Below are positions 1 through 8,984 of a DNA stretch of 64,000 nt, piece after piece. Within the stretch, counting starts at the first letter, position 1. Each line of letters begins with the position of its first letter. This DNA comes from a virus (taxonomy: Duplodnaviria; Caudoviricetes): positions 15,766-79,765 of IMG/VR virus record IMGVR_UViG_2609460236_000001; one strand, 5' to 3'. Below the pieces are notes generated by a model that did not search any database, was not told where the DNA came from, and saw only the letters and a list, made by a program, of their open reading frames with translations. A program made the translations under genes and the position numbers.

Positions 1-723
1 GACAACCAGATGCTTTGCGATCAGGTCCGGGTCAACTTCGTAGAAGCCCGTGATCTCCCACATGCCTTTCAGTGCTGCTTCGTTTTCCTTCACCCACGCC
101 AGCGGCTTCTTGCCGAGGTTGAAGGAGCCGGCTTCACTATCCCAGCAGGGCACGTAGCCCTCGGTGAAGAACTGCATCCAGCGTTCGCGGTCGCAGTGCT
201 CCCACGCCACGTCGCCGAAACCGGGGATGCCGGTGATCTTGTCGGACTTGTCACCGACGAGCGTCTTGTACAGGCGCACTTCGGTGAAGTCGGTGTTGTC
301 GTACTCGACCTTGTCGCGCCCTTCGAGCTTCGTGTGCTTGCCGTCGCACAGCGCGAGGTAGTCGCCGTCAGTCGAGTGGATGGTGATCGAGTCGGTCTGG
401 TCCTTGTAGAGACGATGTAGTGTGGCGATAACGTCGTCTGCTTCCCATGCGGGGATCTCAAGCGACATGCAGCGCGTGAAGCGCAGCACCTGCTTGAACA
501 GGTCCATCGTCTTGTAGAACTCGTCTACGGCGCTTTGCCGGCCAACCTTGTATCCGGGGTAGAGCGCGCGGCGTCGGTCCTTCGCGCCGTGTCCATCCCA
601 AATCCAAATGATGGTGTCGAACATCGGCAGCATCTTCATGTCGACCAGCACGTTGCGAATCGACCCGCTGGTTTCAAAGATGGTGCGGAAACGGTTGTTT
701 CCGTCGATGAAATGCAAACCCAT
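1..723 (-). CDS. 5'-3' exonuclease / flap endonuclease (Pol I N-terminal-like), truncated by window edge
   Basis: Not in the ORF track because there is no stop in the window. Manual translation from ATG 723: MGLHFIDGNN...IWDGHG..RRRALYPGYK...WEADDVIA...STDGDY, the conserved acidic motifs of 5'-3' exonucleases. Confidence 0.9.
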   Translation of the reverse strand, partial: MGLHFIDGNNRFRTIFETSGSIRNVLVDMKMLPMFDTIIWIWDGHGAKDRRRALYPGYKVGRQSAVDEFYKTMDLFKQVLRFTRCMSLEIPAWEADDVIATLHRLYKDQTDSITIHSTDGDYLALCDGKHTKLEGRDKVEYDNTDFTEVRLYKTLVGDKSDKITGIPGFGDVAWEHCDRERWMQFFTEGYVPCWDSEAGSFNLGKKPLAWVKENEAALKGMWEITGFYEVDPDLIAKHLVV

Positions 724-742
724 GATGACCTCGCAGGACATG

Positions 743-774
743 AAAAAAGCCGCGAGCTTTTGACTCGCGGCTTT
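743..774 (-). terminator. intrinsic terminator
   Basis: GCCGCGAG/CTCGCGGC stem (749-771) followed by a U-tract on the minus strand. Confidence 0.8.
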
Positions 775-790
775 CCGTACAGCTTGTGGC

Positions 791-1504
791 TTACGCCGGC
801 TCGGCTTCCGCTTCGATGCCCTGGTATTCCCAGGTCATGATGCCCCACGCGTTGTTGTTCTTGTTGGTCATCCGGAGGAAGCCAACCTTCACGTCCACGC
901 GCTGGCCACCAGCGTTCGCTTCCATGACCTTCTGGTAGAAGTCCTGCCACGCGCGCCAGTTGGTCGTCGACGTCGCGTAGCCGACGCGCTGACCAGCCTT
1001 GGCCAGAACTTCACCGTCTGCGGAGACGATGTCGGACGTCAGGATCATCGGCACGTCGGCGCTGCGGTATGCACGGGCCTTCGCGTCCAGAGCGATGGCC
1101 TTGGCCTGTGCTTCGGACCAGGGGATGCCCTTGTCGCTCGTGACGCCGTCGTACGTCGACCAGTATTGCGCCGGGTTGCCGGCCTTGATCGACATCTTGA
1201 CCATGAAGCCAGTGCCTTCCGTCATATCGATAACCGCCTCGAACGACTGCACGAGCTTTGCGCTTGCGCCGACCTGGAGACCGAATTCCTTCGGCTTGAT
1301 CCAGAGGTCGACCGCCATGCCCGCCGACATCAGTTGCTCCATCGAGAGCTTCTGGCCGGGAACTGCGACAGCACCGCCGGCCGTACCGACTGCGGCGACC
1401 GCCGTGCCGGTCGTCGGCGCTGCTGCTGCACCTGCTGCTGCATTCGCGATGGCGCCTGCCGCTGCATCCTTCGCGCGCTGCATTGCTGCTTGGATCGGGT
1501 CCAT
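791..1504 (-). CDS. hypothetical replication-module protein, possible ssDNA-binding protein
   Basis: 237 aa between exonuclease and helicase, Ala-rich N-terminus, acidic C-terminal tail (EAEAEPA). SSB role is inferred from position only. Confidence 0.45.
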   Translation of the reverse strand: MDPIQAAMQRAKDAAAGAIANAAAGAAAAPTTGTAVAAVGTAGGAVAVPGQKLSMEQLMSAGMAVDLWIKPKEFGLQVGASAKLVQSFEAVIDMTEGTGFMVKMSIKAGNPAQYWSTYDGVTSDKGIPWSEAQAKAIALDAKARAYRSADVPMILTSDIVSADGEVLAKAGQRVGYATSTTNWRAWQDFYQKVMEANAGGQRVDVKVGFLRMTNKNNNAWGIMTWEYQGIEAEAEPA

Positions 1505-1653
1505 AAAATTCCTTCAAATGTTAGCTGTTTATGCGTCTGTTTCTGCTTCTGCTTCTGCTCTCTCGCCGTGGTGGTGGACACGTCGAGGAATAAGATCGTA
1601 CCTTCGTGATACTAACTACACAATGCTGCTCTATACGATAGATCGCGCCCTCC

Positions 1654-3099
1654 TTACGCGAATTCGGCCATCGAGATCTTCTGATCAGTAGCCTCGGTTG
1701 AATCGAACATTTCCTCTTCCTTCTGCCGGCGCTGTTCCGACAACCTGAAGACTTCCTTCGTCGGGTCGACGAGGTTTGCATCACGCGACTTGTTCTCGAT
1801 GATCTGCATGATCCGCTGGTCGATGGAGTCGCGATACTCCAGCACGTAGATCCGCAGCGGTCTCGCGCGCTTGCCACGGATGCCCCGGCGATACGCCTGC
1901 ACGAATGAGTCGTCCATGTAGTTCAGTGAAGTGAAGACCATCGTTTCAAGGTGGTGCCAGTTGAAGCCGACACCGGCCGTATCCGGCGATGCAACCACGC
2001 AGTCGAGATCACCGCGGCGAAACGCCTCGTCGATGCGTGCCCGCTGCGTCGATGACACGTGGCCGTTGATCAACGCAGTGCGCAGGCCCATCGACTTCGC
2101 AATGGCGACGATGCGCTCTTGCTCGGGCACGAGCGCGGCGAACACCGCGATCGGTTCCCCGGACACAACCGCGTCCGCAAAGTGGATCTTCAAGCGCTCG
2201 TCCTTGCCGGTCGTCTCACCCTTGGCCAGCCCGAAGGTCTCGGGGTGCGCCATGATCTGCCGGCAACGCATCGCATTGACGGCGGGCGACTGGCCTTCAA
2301 GGAACTCGTCTTCCAGCTCAACGAGCGCCATTTCCTCCATCTCCTCGTACGCCTTGCGCTGCTTCGGCGACATGTCGCACAGCTCGGTGACGATGACCTT
2401 CGCTTCGGGGCCGTGAACCTCTTCGAAGGTGTGGCGCACGGCCACGTGCTGAAGGATCTGGCCAAGTCTCTGATGGTTGTGCCATCCGATCGTCGTGCCA
2501 TACTCGTCCTGAAGTCGGTGTTGGGCCAGGAATGCACCGTACGTGCCGTAGAAGCGCGGCTCGATCACCTGTAGCGCGGGGTACGCACTCGCGAGCGTGC
2601 CCTTGATGATCGTGCCCGTCATGGCCATGAAGCGCTCGATGCTCCGCATCGCGATGTACATGTTTTGCGTCCGTCCCGAGTCGTGGCCCGAGTAGCCAAG
2701 GTGCCACTCGTCGAAGATCGCGGCGTTCAACTGGGGGTGCCATTGCTTCATCCGTTGCCAGTCGTCGGAGAAGCGCTGGAACCCCATGATGAATACTTTC
2801 GCATCTTCGTTGCGCATCTGACGCTCGCGCCGTTTCGCCTCACCGTCGATGATCTGGATCTCACGAGGATGAAAGTTCGTGAATTCAAGCAGCTCGTCCT
2901 TGTTCTTCCGCAGTAGCGACATCGGCATGACGAAGTACGACTTGAATCCCAGCTCGTCCCACAGGTACTGCGTGTACATGCAGGCCGAGCCAGTCTTCTG
3001 CGTCGCCGGGTCCGACAGGTTCATACAGCGAGGCGTCATGATGTAGAAAGCGAGATCCGCGATCTGGTGCTCGCGCGGCACTTTCTTCTCGATCGTCAT
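1654..3099 (-). CDS. SF2 (SNF2-like) DNA helicase
   Basis: DEWH (motif II), MTGT (III), SPDTAGVGFN (V), QAYRRGIR (VI); motif I reads DPATQKT. Confidence 0.85.
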   Translation of the reverse strand: MTIEKKVPREHQIADLAFYIMTPRCMNLSDPATQKTGSACMYTQYLWDELGFKSYFVMPMSLLRKNKDELLEFTNFHPREIQIIDGEAKRRERQMRNEDAKVFIMGFQRFSDDWQRMKQWHPQLNAAIFDEWHLGYSGHDSGRTQNMYIAMRSIERFMAMTGTIIKGTLASAYPALQVIEPRFYGTYGAFLAQHRLQDEYGTTIGWHNHQRLGQILQHVAVRHTFEEVHGPEAKVIVTELCDMSPKQRKAYEEMEEMALVELEDEFLEGQSPAVNAMRCRQIMAHPETFGLAKGETTGKDERLKIHFADAVVSGEPIAVFAALVPEQERIVAIAKSMGLRTALINGHVSSTQRARIDEAFRRGDLDCVVASPDTAGVGFNWHHLETMVFTSLNYMDDSFVQAYRRGIRGKRARPLRIYVLEYRDSIDQRIMQIIENKSRDANLVDPTKEVFRLSEQRRQKEEEMFDSTEATDQKISMAEFA

Positions 3100-3383
3100 T
3101 TGTTCCTGCTCCTATCTCGAAAGTCCCAACGTTGCCATTCGTTATCCGGCAGCTCACTCTTGACCTGTCTGCCTGCCCACTTTGCGAACGTCTCACGTGT
3201 CACGACCGGATAACGTCGTCCGATTCCCACGGCGGGACCGTCATAGGTGATCGCACCGAGAAAGTTGATGTGGATGATCACCCGGTCGTTCACAAACCCG
3301 TTGGCGTTTGAAGGACGCTTTGCGCGCCACACCTGCCCAACGTGGAATGTCTTGCTTTCTTCCAGTGTTGTCCTATCGTTCAT
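3096..3383 (-). CDS. hypothetical protein
   Basis: ATGA overlap with the helicase start. Confidence 0.65.
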   Translation of the reverse strand: MNDRTTLEESKTFHVGQVWRAKRPSNANGFVNDRVIIHINFLGAITYDGPAVGIGRRYPVVTRETFAKWAGRQVKSELPDNEWQRWDFRDRSRNK

Positions 3384-3414
3384 TTCGATTCTTCGCTCCG
3401 ATTAGGAGGTCGTC

Positions 3415-3582
3415 ATGAATTGGCTCTGCATCAAGTGCCACCTTGAATTCCCGTTCGATGCCGAAAAAGTCGGAATCGACTCGTTCGGCATCTACGTGTT
3501 CTGCCCACACTGCGGCCGGCGCAACAAGCTCATCAACATCGGGAAGCGCGGCCATATCGTTCTTCAGCAGACGGGCACGTAA
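3415..3582 (+). CDS. small zinc-ribbon protein (55 aa), antisense to neighbours
   Basis: AGGAGG SD at 3404-3409; MNWLCIKC...VFCPHCGRRN (2x CxxC); fills the gap between two minus-strand genes; below the ORF track cut-off. Confidence 0.8.
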   Translation: MNWLCIKCHLEFPFDAEKVGIDSFGIYVFCPHCGRRNKLINIGKRGHIVLQQTGT

Positions 3583-3586
3583 CGGA

Positions 3587-3943
3587 TCAGGTCAGCAACC
3601 CCGACACGTTCGTGAAGTAGCTGTGCATCTGACGCAGAAGACGCAACTGCTCGCTCGTCAACACGCGCTTGGATAGTTCGTGGCCAAGGTGATAAACGGC
3701 CTTGATCATGTACTCCCGCGGATATGACGGGCCGAAGCTGTAGAGACGAACGTTGTGCCCAACCCGGTAATACGACGGCACCGTGTTGTTCCAGATCATC
3801 TTCAGCGTGTTGAACACGTGACGGGTCTCCATCTTTGCCGGATCGTGCCTATCGCCGTGCCGGTCGCGCCAGCGGAACGTGACGTCGATATGCGTCCGGC
3901 GCTCGATATGCGTGCGGAGTTCGACTGCGGTGCTCATGCTCAC
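3587..3943 (-). CDS. hypothetical protein
   Basis: GGAGG SD, coupled to upstream gene. Confidence 0.65.
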   Translation of the reverse strand: MSMSTAVELRTHIERRTHIDVTFRWRDRHGDRHDPAKMETRHVFNTLKMIWNNTVPSYYRVGHNVRLYSFGPSYPREYMIKAVYHLGHELSKRVLTSEQLRLLRQMHSYFTNVSGLLT

Positions 3944-4662
3944 CTCCCTCGGGCGGTGGGTAGATCGGAAAGCATGTCCTCGCGACGCGCATAGCGCCGC
4001 AATACAGCCACGCCAAGGCTTTCGAGGGGAAGAGACACAATCAGCCCCTCCTCGCCGGCCAGCAGGCCCGTCTTGAGCCGCTGGGCCGGCTTGCGCGCGA
4101 CGACGTCATACGTGCCGGTGATAATCACGCGACGCGGCATGTACACCGACTGATCGATGATCGCGTCGACGACCCTCTGGTACTTCGGGTTGGCCTGCGT
4201 CAACACCAGCGGCTGGACGTTGGTTCGCTCCAGCTCTGCACTGATATCGGTCGGCGAGAAGTGCCAAATCGGCCGCACAATCGGCTGGATGGGGCTACTC
4301 ATGCGCGAGAGCGTGAGCAGCGTGAGCGTCATCTCGTCGTTCGTGTCCTCCATCACGAACACCCCAGCCTCACCATCCCCCTTCGGGATTGGCAGCATGA
4401 CTCTGACCAGCGGGTCCCGAGCCAGAGCCTGGAATTGCTTCCAGTGTGTCGGGTCCGGGACCGCCGCGCTCACTGGGAAAAGGTGGTTGCATGCAAGCCT
4501 GCGCGCCGGCACCACCGCATACGGGGATGGTGCCTTGAGCGACAGGAAGTTCGATGCGTTGCGACCTTGATGCAAGTACGCAACGCCTTCAGCGTTCCAG
4601 TGGATTCCGTACGTCCGTACTTCGATCTTGTGGTCTGCTTCCTCGTTGTATAGGTCCTTCAT
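3940..4662 (-). CDS. hypothetical protein
   Basis: 240 aa ORF with 4-nt overlaps at both ends. Confidence 0.7.
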   Translation of the reverse strand: MKDLYNEEADHKIEVRTYGIHWNAEGVAYLHQGRNASNFLSLKAPSPYAVVPARRLACNHLFPVSAAVPDPTHWKQFQALARDPLVRVMLPIPKGDGEAGVFVMEDTNDEMTLTLLTLSRMSSPIQPIVRPIWHFSPTDISAELERTNVQPLVLTQANPKYQRVVDAIIDQSVYMPRRVIITGTYDVVARKPAQRLKTGLLAGEEGLIVSLPLESLGVAVLRRYARREDMLSDLPTARGR

Positions 4663-5063
4663 AGCCGTATCAATTCGCCGACGTGCTTCTTCGTGTACCC
4701 CGAAAGGTCCATGAGATCCGTGAGCGTCACTTCGTAACGTCCAGTCTCGACGGCCGCGACCTTATGAACGGTCCAACCGAGCCGTTCGGAAGCTTCCTTT
4801 CGGGTGTGTTTGAGTTCGATCGCTCTGCTGAACGCAAGCGTTTCGCCAAGCCGCTCATGAGTGCGGCCAAGCGTACGCCTCACAGGTTGTCCCTGTTGTT
4901 CAGCGTTCTCTACCTTCTTCCGCTGAGACGCCTTGACCCCCTTGGCTGCGATGATCGCCCTGATCGACGGAATCGACAGAGCGAAATCACGAGCGAGAGC
5001 CGAGGCTGACTTGCCGTCGACGTAGAGATCCGCGATCTGTTGATCGCGTTCCTCCTTCGTCAT
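4659..5063 (-). CDS. HTH DNA-binding protein (N-terminal HTH plus XRE-like C-terminal HTH)
   Basis: ERDQQIADLYVDGKSASALARDFALS and TRKEASERLGWTVHKVAAVETGR patterns. Confidence 0.7.
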   Translation of the reverse strand: MTKEERDQQIADLYVDGKSASALARDFALSIPSIRAIIAAKGVKASQRKKVENAEQQGQPVRRTLGRTHERLGETLAFSRAIELKHTRKEASERLGWTVHKVAAVETGRYEVTLTDLMDLSGYTKKHVGELIRL

Positions 5064-5071
5064 CGCAAGGC

Positions 5072-5299
5072 TCAGACTTTCATGTAGGGGAAACGAGTCG
5101 GGTGCTTCTTGATGAGGCTGCTGAAGGCCGCGCCAAACGATTCGGCCACGACCAGTTGGTCGACGACCTCCTTCGGCACGTTGCTGTACTGGTACTCGTC
5201 GCCGTTCTTGACGAAGACGATGTTGAGCCGCTGATCTTGTTCGTTATATGCGAATGCGGAGATCTGCGACGAAGTCACAGACATGTAGCCAGATTTCAT
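5072..5299 (-). CDS. KTSC domain protein
   Basis: VTSSQISAFAYN...LNIVF..GDEYQYSNVP......LVVAESFGAAF...IK matches the KTSC pattern. Confidence 0.85.
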   Translation of the reverse strand: MKSGYMSVTSSQISAFAYNEQDQRLNIVFVKNGDEYQYSNVPKEVVDQLVVAESFGAAFSSLIKKHPTRFPYMKV

Positions 5300-5413
5300 G
5301 TTTCGATCTCTTATAGATTGAAGGTTGCTGTTCAGGTGGTGGTGACACCCGTTGCTACGGTGAGCCTTTACGGAAAGCGTGGTGGTGGGGCGCTTACCGT
5401 GAGGCTTTACTGC

Positions 5414-5674
5414 TTAACCTGCATACAACACGATCTCTTCCGGCACTTCGATCGCAACAGGCGGTTGTCCGATGCCAAAAACCGTCAGCTTGATCGTTGC
5501 ACCGTTACGCAGCTTCTCGATGTCCTCCTGGCTCGGTTGCCAGTACGACATCCAGACGTTCTGCTCGTTGTCGCGCACGACGGGTAGAGACTTGCACTTA
5601 CCATCGCGGTCGTCATTCCAGCCGACCGGCCGGCCGAGGTCGTGGGTCGTGCGCGCGGTCTTGACGGGAGTCAT
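5414..5674 (-). CDS. hypothetical protein
   Basis: ORF coupled to upstream gene (TGATG junction). Confidence 0.65.
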   Translation of the reverse strand: MTPVKTARTTHDLGRPVGWNDDRDGKCKSLPVVRDNEQNVWMSYWQPSQEDIEKLRNGATIKLTVFGIGQPPVAIEVPEEIVLYAG

Positions 5675-5883
5675 CACGTCGCTGCCCTCCACCCGTCATG
5701 CCAGAACATCCAGTAGCGGTGAACTTCCGAGTTGGTGTACCCGTCGTCCTTCGGGTCACGTTCCAGCGACAGGCCTTCGAGCCATTCGTGCTGCTCGAAT
5801 TCCCGGCGCATCCGGTCATTCTCCGCGGCTTCGTGTGCAGCGGCGACGATCGCAAGGTTGCGAGCCAGTGGTGATTGACTCAT
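5674..5883 (-). CDS. hypothetical protein
   Basis: ORF in tightly packed operon. Confidence 0.6.
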   Translation of the reverse strand: MSQSPLARNLAIVAAAHEAAENDRMRREFEQHEWLEGLSLERDPKDDGYTNSEVHRYWMFWHDGWRAAT

Positions 5884-6146
5884 GCCTTCACCTTCGTGCG
5901 TCGGAGTTCATCGCGCAGGCGCTTCAGGCGCGCGATCTGCTTCTTGGCCAGTTGGCCAGAGTTGATCGTGTTCGCGACGGCCGAGTACCACGTATCACGT
6001 GAAATCGGGGACTCGGTGCCTTGGTCGTCGGCGACCTTCACGTTTGAGAACTTGCGGAGTGCTTCGCCGGTCTTGACCAGTGCGTCGACAGCTTTGGGTA
6101 CATCGGCCAGGGGGTGAGGTCTCGCCTCTGTGGTGGTGATATTCAT
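5880..6146 (-). CDS. hypothetical protein
   Basis: likely start MNITTT at 6146 (ATGA overlap). Confidence 0.6.
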   Translation of the reverse strand: MNITTTEARPHPLADVPKAVDALVKTGEALRKFSNVKVADDQGTESPISRDTWYSAVANTINSGQLAKKQIARLKRLRDELRRTKVKA

Positions 6147-6442
6147 TCTGATTCCGTACGGAAGATTCCAACTACAGCGGGCGACTCCACCGATTGCCCA
6201 AACCAGTATCCGGGATCGAGACGTGCGTTGACAAGGGCTTTTACCTCCTCCCACATCTGCAATCCCTCGTTCTGCCAAAACGGGTGATCCTGCATGCGTA
6301 TCGCCTGCTTCAGCCCGTGTGGCAGGTACTTCTCCTTCAGGTCGACAAAGGCGTTGATATCGACCTTCAGGAGCACAACAAGCGCGATGTCAACGACATC
6401 ACGGGTCTTGCCGCTCTCGGCTCGATATGCAATGACTTCCAT
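6143..6442 (-). CDS. hypothetical protein
   Basis: packed ORF. Confidence 0.6.
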   Translation of the reverse strand: MEVIAYRAESGKTRDVVDIALVVLLKVDINAFVDLKEKYLPHGLKQAIRMQDHPFWQNEGLQMWEEVKALVNARLDPGYWFGQSVESPAVVGIFRTESE

Positions 6443-6658
6443 CTATCGCATCTCGATCTTCGCGCCGTCCGGTATGTAGCCCACCGGCAGCACAAAGAAG
6501 CCCTTGATGACGCGAAGCTTTTCCAGCGTCTTCATGGTCCGAACCCACGCGTCTAGCACACACTCGTGGGTGAAATACTTCGGCTCCATGTGGTTATCCA
6601 GGTGGTGGACCTGTATCACCTGCGGCGGATTCAACAAGGTGCCCTTTTCCGATGTCAC
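6443..6658 (-). CDS. hypothetical protein
   Basis: AAGGAGG SD before GTG start. Confidence 0.6.
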   Translation of the reverse strand: MTSEKGTLLNPPQVIQVHHLDNHMEPKYFTHECVLDAWVRTMKTLEKLRVIKGFFVLPVGYIPDGAKIEMR

Positions 6659-7538
6659 GTAGTACCTCCTTTATCAGCTCGGGTTGAAAATCGATCATGT
6701 ATGGATGATTCATCACGTCCGCAAGGGTCCGCGGTTGGGTCACTTCCAACAGAGTTTCCATCAGTGCTTCACACGCATCTCGAAGGTTCTCCTCGCCATA
6801 TTGCGCGCCCCCTTCAGCTTCAGCGTCGCCGGCAGTGGGAGGTGGCACGCTGTCATGGATATGCCAGTGCGCTGGATTACAGCACAAGGTGTTTCTACAC
6901 TCATTCGTGAGTATGTACCGGTCAGACTTGTGCAAGTCCGGTGTCGCCCACTCAAAGACGATCTTGTGTACCGCCTTGCGCTTCCCTCCCCCTACCCTTA
7001 CCTGACCATATGGTGAATCTACAGTTAGTTGGTAGAAGGGAACCCACTCAGCCGTCCGCACCTTCTTCTGACGCGCACCGAGGTGTGTCTTTGGTCCCTT
7101 CCACGGCCAACACTGGTCAGGTTGGCCGAAGTTCTCTATACGCTCCTTCAGATCCTCAACCAAGGCCCCAAGATCGTGGCGCTCCTGGCCGACGAGTTGC
7201 CAGTGAGTATCGTTGCAACATAGCGTGTTACCACACCTATTGACAAGTCGATACTGTGGCTTGCCAAGCAATTCTGGGTTGGCCAGTTCGAACGTGATCT
7301 TATGGACTGTCTTCCGTCGCCCACCTCCCACCTTCACCAATCCATACGACGACACTACGGTAGATTGGTAAATGGGAACCCCTTCGGATTTCCGTATCTT
7401 CGTTACCTTTTTTCCAGCATTTGTCTTGGCCCCCCTCCACGGCCAGCACACATCAGACCGACCGAAGTTCTCGATACGGCCCTTGATGCGCCCAATCAGA
7501 TCCTCAAGTTGCGCTTTACGATCAACAATCTCACTCAT
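6594..7538 (-). CDS. protein with two tandem His-Me finger (HNH-like zinc-binding) domains
   Basis: Two copies of RIENFG..D.CWPW.G.KT...YG.V.VGGG.RK.VHKI.FE.A.P...C.NTLCCN..HW. Confidence 0.75.
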   Translation of the reverse strand: MSEIVDRKAQLEDLIGRIKGRIENFGRSDVCWPWRGAKTNAGKKVTKIRKSEGVPIYQSTVVSSYGLVKVGGGRRKTVHKITFELANPELLGKPQYRLVNRCGNTLCCNDTHWQLVGQERHDLGALVEDLKERIENFGQPDQCWPWKGPKTHLGARQKKVRTAEWVPFYQLTVDSPYGQVRVGGGKRKAVHKIVFEWATPDLHKSDRYILTNECRNTLCCNPAHWHIHDSVPPPTAGDAEAEGGAQYGEENLRDACEALMETLLEVTQPRTLADVMNHPYMIDFQPELIKEVLRDIGKGHLVESAAGDTGPPPG

Positions 7539-8433
7539 AGTCGGGGCAACCGTCAGCGATGTATGTCGACGCCTTGCCGATCATCAGCTTCGCGTCGCTG
7601 ATGATCTGCTTGTTCACGCTCCACGCACCCTGATCGATAACAGCGTCGATATGCGACGACACGAGCTGGTCAAGATACTGCGGCGGCAAAGCGTCAAGCT
7701 CCCAACTGGATTCACCGTACTGGTCAAGATACGACTTGAACCGAGCATCCGTGGACTTCGCCGGATTCTCTGGCGGGTTCAGCTCCTCAACTTGAGCCAT
7801 ATTGAGCGCGATGCGCTTCAGCTCGAACGAGTGCCCTCCGAACATCCGGAGCCGTTCAAGCAGATCGCGCGTCATATCGATCCCGCTCGGGTCGTGATCG
7901 CCAAGATGCAGAATGAGGCCGCGTTGGCCTTCACGCATGCTGGGAATAATGTCGCTCAGCGCGAACTCGCGCAACACCGTCGACGACGGATAGCCACGCG
8001 CGGCGAGCAGCGGGGTATCGTAACGATGGCACACTCGTTCGAGCACCCCTACGAGCGCTTCCTTCTCGACGATGACGAATACACGACGTGATTGACCGAT
8101 CCAGAGATCCTGATGGTACTGATCCGCACAGGCGTCGATGATTGATGTCGGCGACGTCCAACGCGAGCGGCGAATGAACGCACGCGTTCGATCCTCCAGC
8201 ATGTCCCAGTCGATCAGGCCCGCAAGCTTTCCGTCGTTGATAATCGACGCAGCGCGCTTGTATTCCTGCAAATTGTTGGGAATGATGTCGCGCGCGACGA
8301 GCTGGTAATACAGCTGCCGCGTGGTCAAGACATACCCTTGGCGCTGATACTCGCCAACGATATCGTTGATAATTCCGATCAGTTCGAGGGTGGAAGGCTT
8401 GAACCGCTTCCCCTCATATTTTTGAGTGGCCAT
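7531..8433 (-). CDS. TOPRIM-domain protein (Topo VI-A/Spo11-like architecture)
   Basis: TTRQLYYQLV, VEKEAL, RGYPS, GDHDPSG, WELDAL motifs. Confidence 0.75.
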   Translation of the reverse strand: MATQKYEGKRFKPSTLELIGIINDIVGEYQRQGYVLTTRQLYYQLVARDIIPNNLQEYKRAASIINDGKLAGLIDWDMLEDRTRAFIRRSRWTSPTSIIDACADQYHQDLWIGQSRRVFVIVEKEALVGVLERVCHRYDTPLLAARGYPSSTVLREFALSDIIPSMREGQRGLILHLGDHDPSGIDMTRDLLERLRMFGGHSFELKRIALNMAQVEELNPPENPAKSTDARFKSYLDQYGESSWELDALPPQYLDQLVSSHIDAVIDQGAWSVNKQIISDAKLMIGKASTYIADGCPDYE

Positions 8434-8453
8434 GTTTTCTCTCGAAAATGTCG

Positions 8454-8486
8454 AAATAAAAGCCGCATGGCTAAACCATGCGGCTT
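8454..8486 (-). terminator. intrinsic terminator
   Basis: GCCGCATGG/CCATGCGGC stem (8462-8484) plus U-rich tail on the minus strand. Confidence 0.8.
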
Positions 8487-8515
8487 CAGATCGATGAACT
8501 ACTACGCTTCGTCGA

Positions 8516-8923
8516 TTACTGCGTCTTCAGCAGCGTCGGTTGGAGCTTGTAGTGCTTCGAGAGGTACGTCAGGATCGCATCGCCATGCTCCGCCAGGTTG
8601 GCCAGCAGTTGCTCTTCGGTCGCTGCGACCGGCAGAGCGTAACCTTCGGTGATCACGTTGCCGTCCGCGCCCTTCACCGGCTCGATGTGAACCGGTTTCA
8701 CGCCGTGCAGCATGAAGTCAACGATCTTCTTCAGCGACGTGGTGCGTTCGGCGACGAACGCTTCACGAGCCTTCTGCTGCTCCTGGAAGCGGGTTTCGTC
8801 CGCGGCCGACCAGTTCGATGCAGCCTTCGGAGCGCCGCGCAGCGCGCGCGGGGACTTGCCGTCATTGCCGCCTTTATTCTTCTTCGGAGCAGCGGAGTTC
8901 TTGGTCGTGGTGGTGGGTTCCAT
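8516..8923 (-). CDS. hypothetical protein
   Basis: AAGGA SD, host-like codon usage, MEPTTTT start. Confidence 0.7.
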   Translation of the reverse strand: MEPTTTTKNSAAPKKNKGGNDGKSPRALRGAPKAASNWSAADETRFQEQQKAREAFVAERTTSLKKIVDFMLHGVKPVHIEPVKGADGNVITEGYALPVAATEEQLLANLAEHGDAILTYLSKHYKLQPTLLKTQ

Positions 8924-8984
8924 CTTCAATTCCTTCAGGGTATGTTTTGGTTGAGAGAGGTGATCAGCCTGCCAGGTCGGCCAA

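Noticed and set aside
1541-1560. (TTCTGC)x3 microsatellite and ORF 1330..1581
   Set aside because: Short intergenic low-complexity run; the ORF overlaps the real gene out of frame
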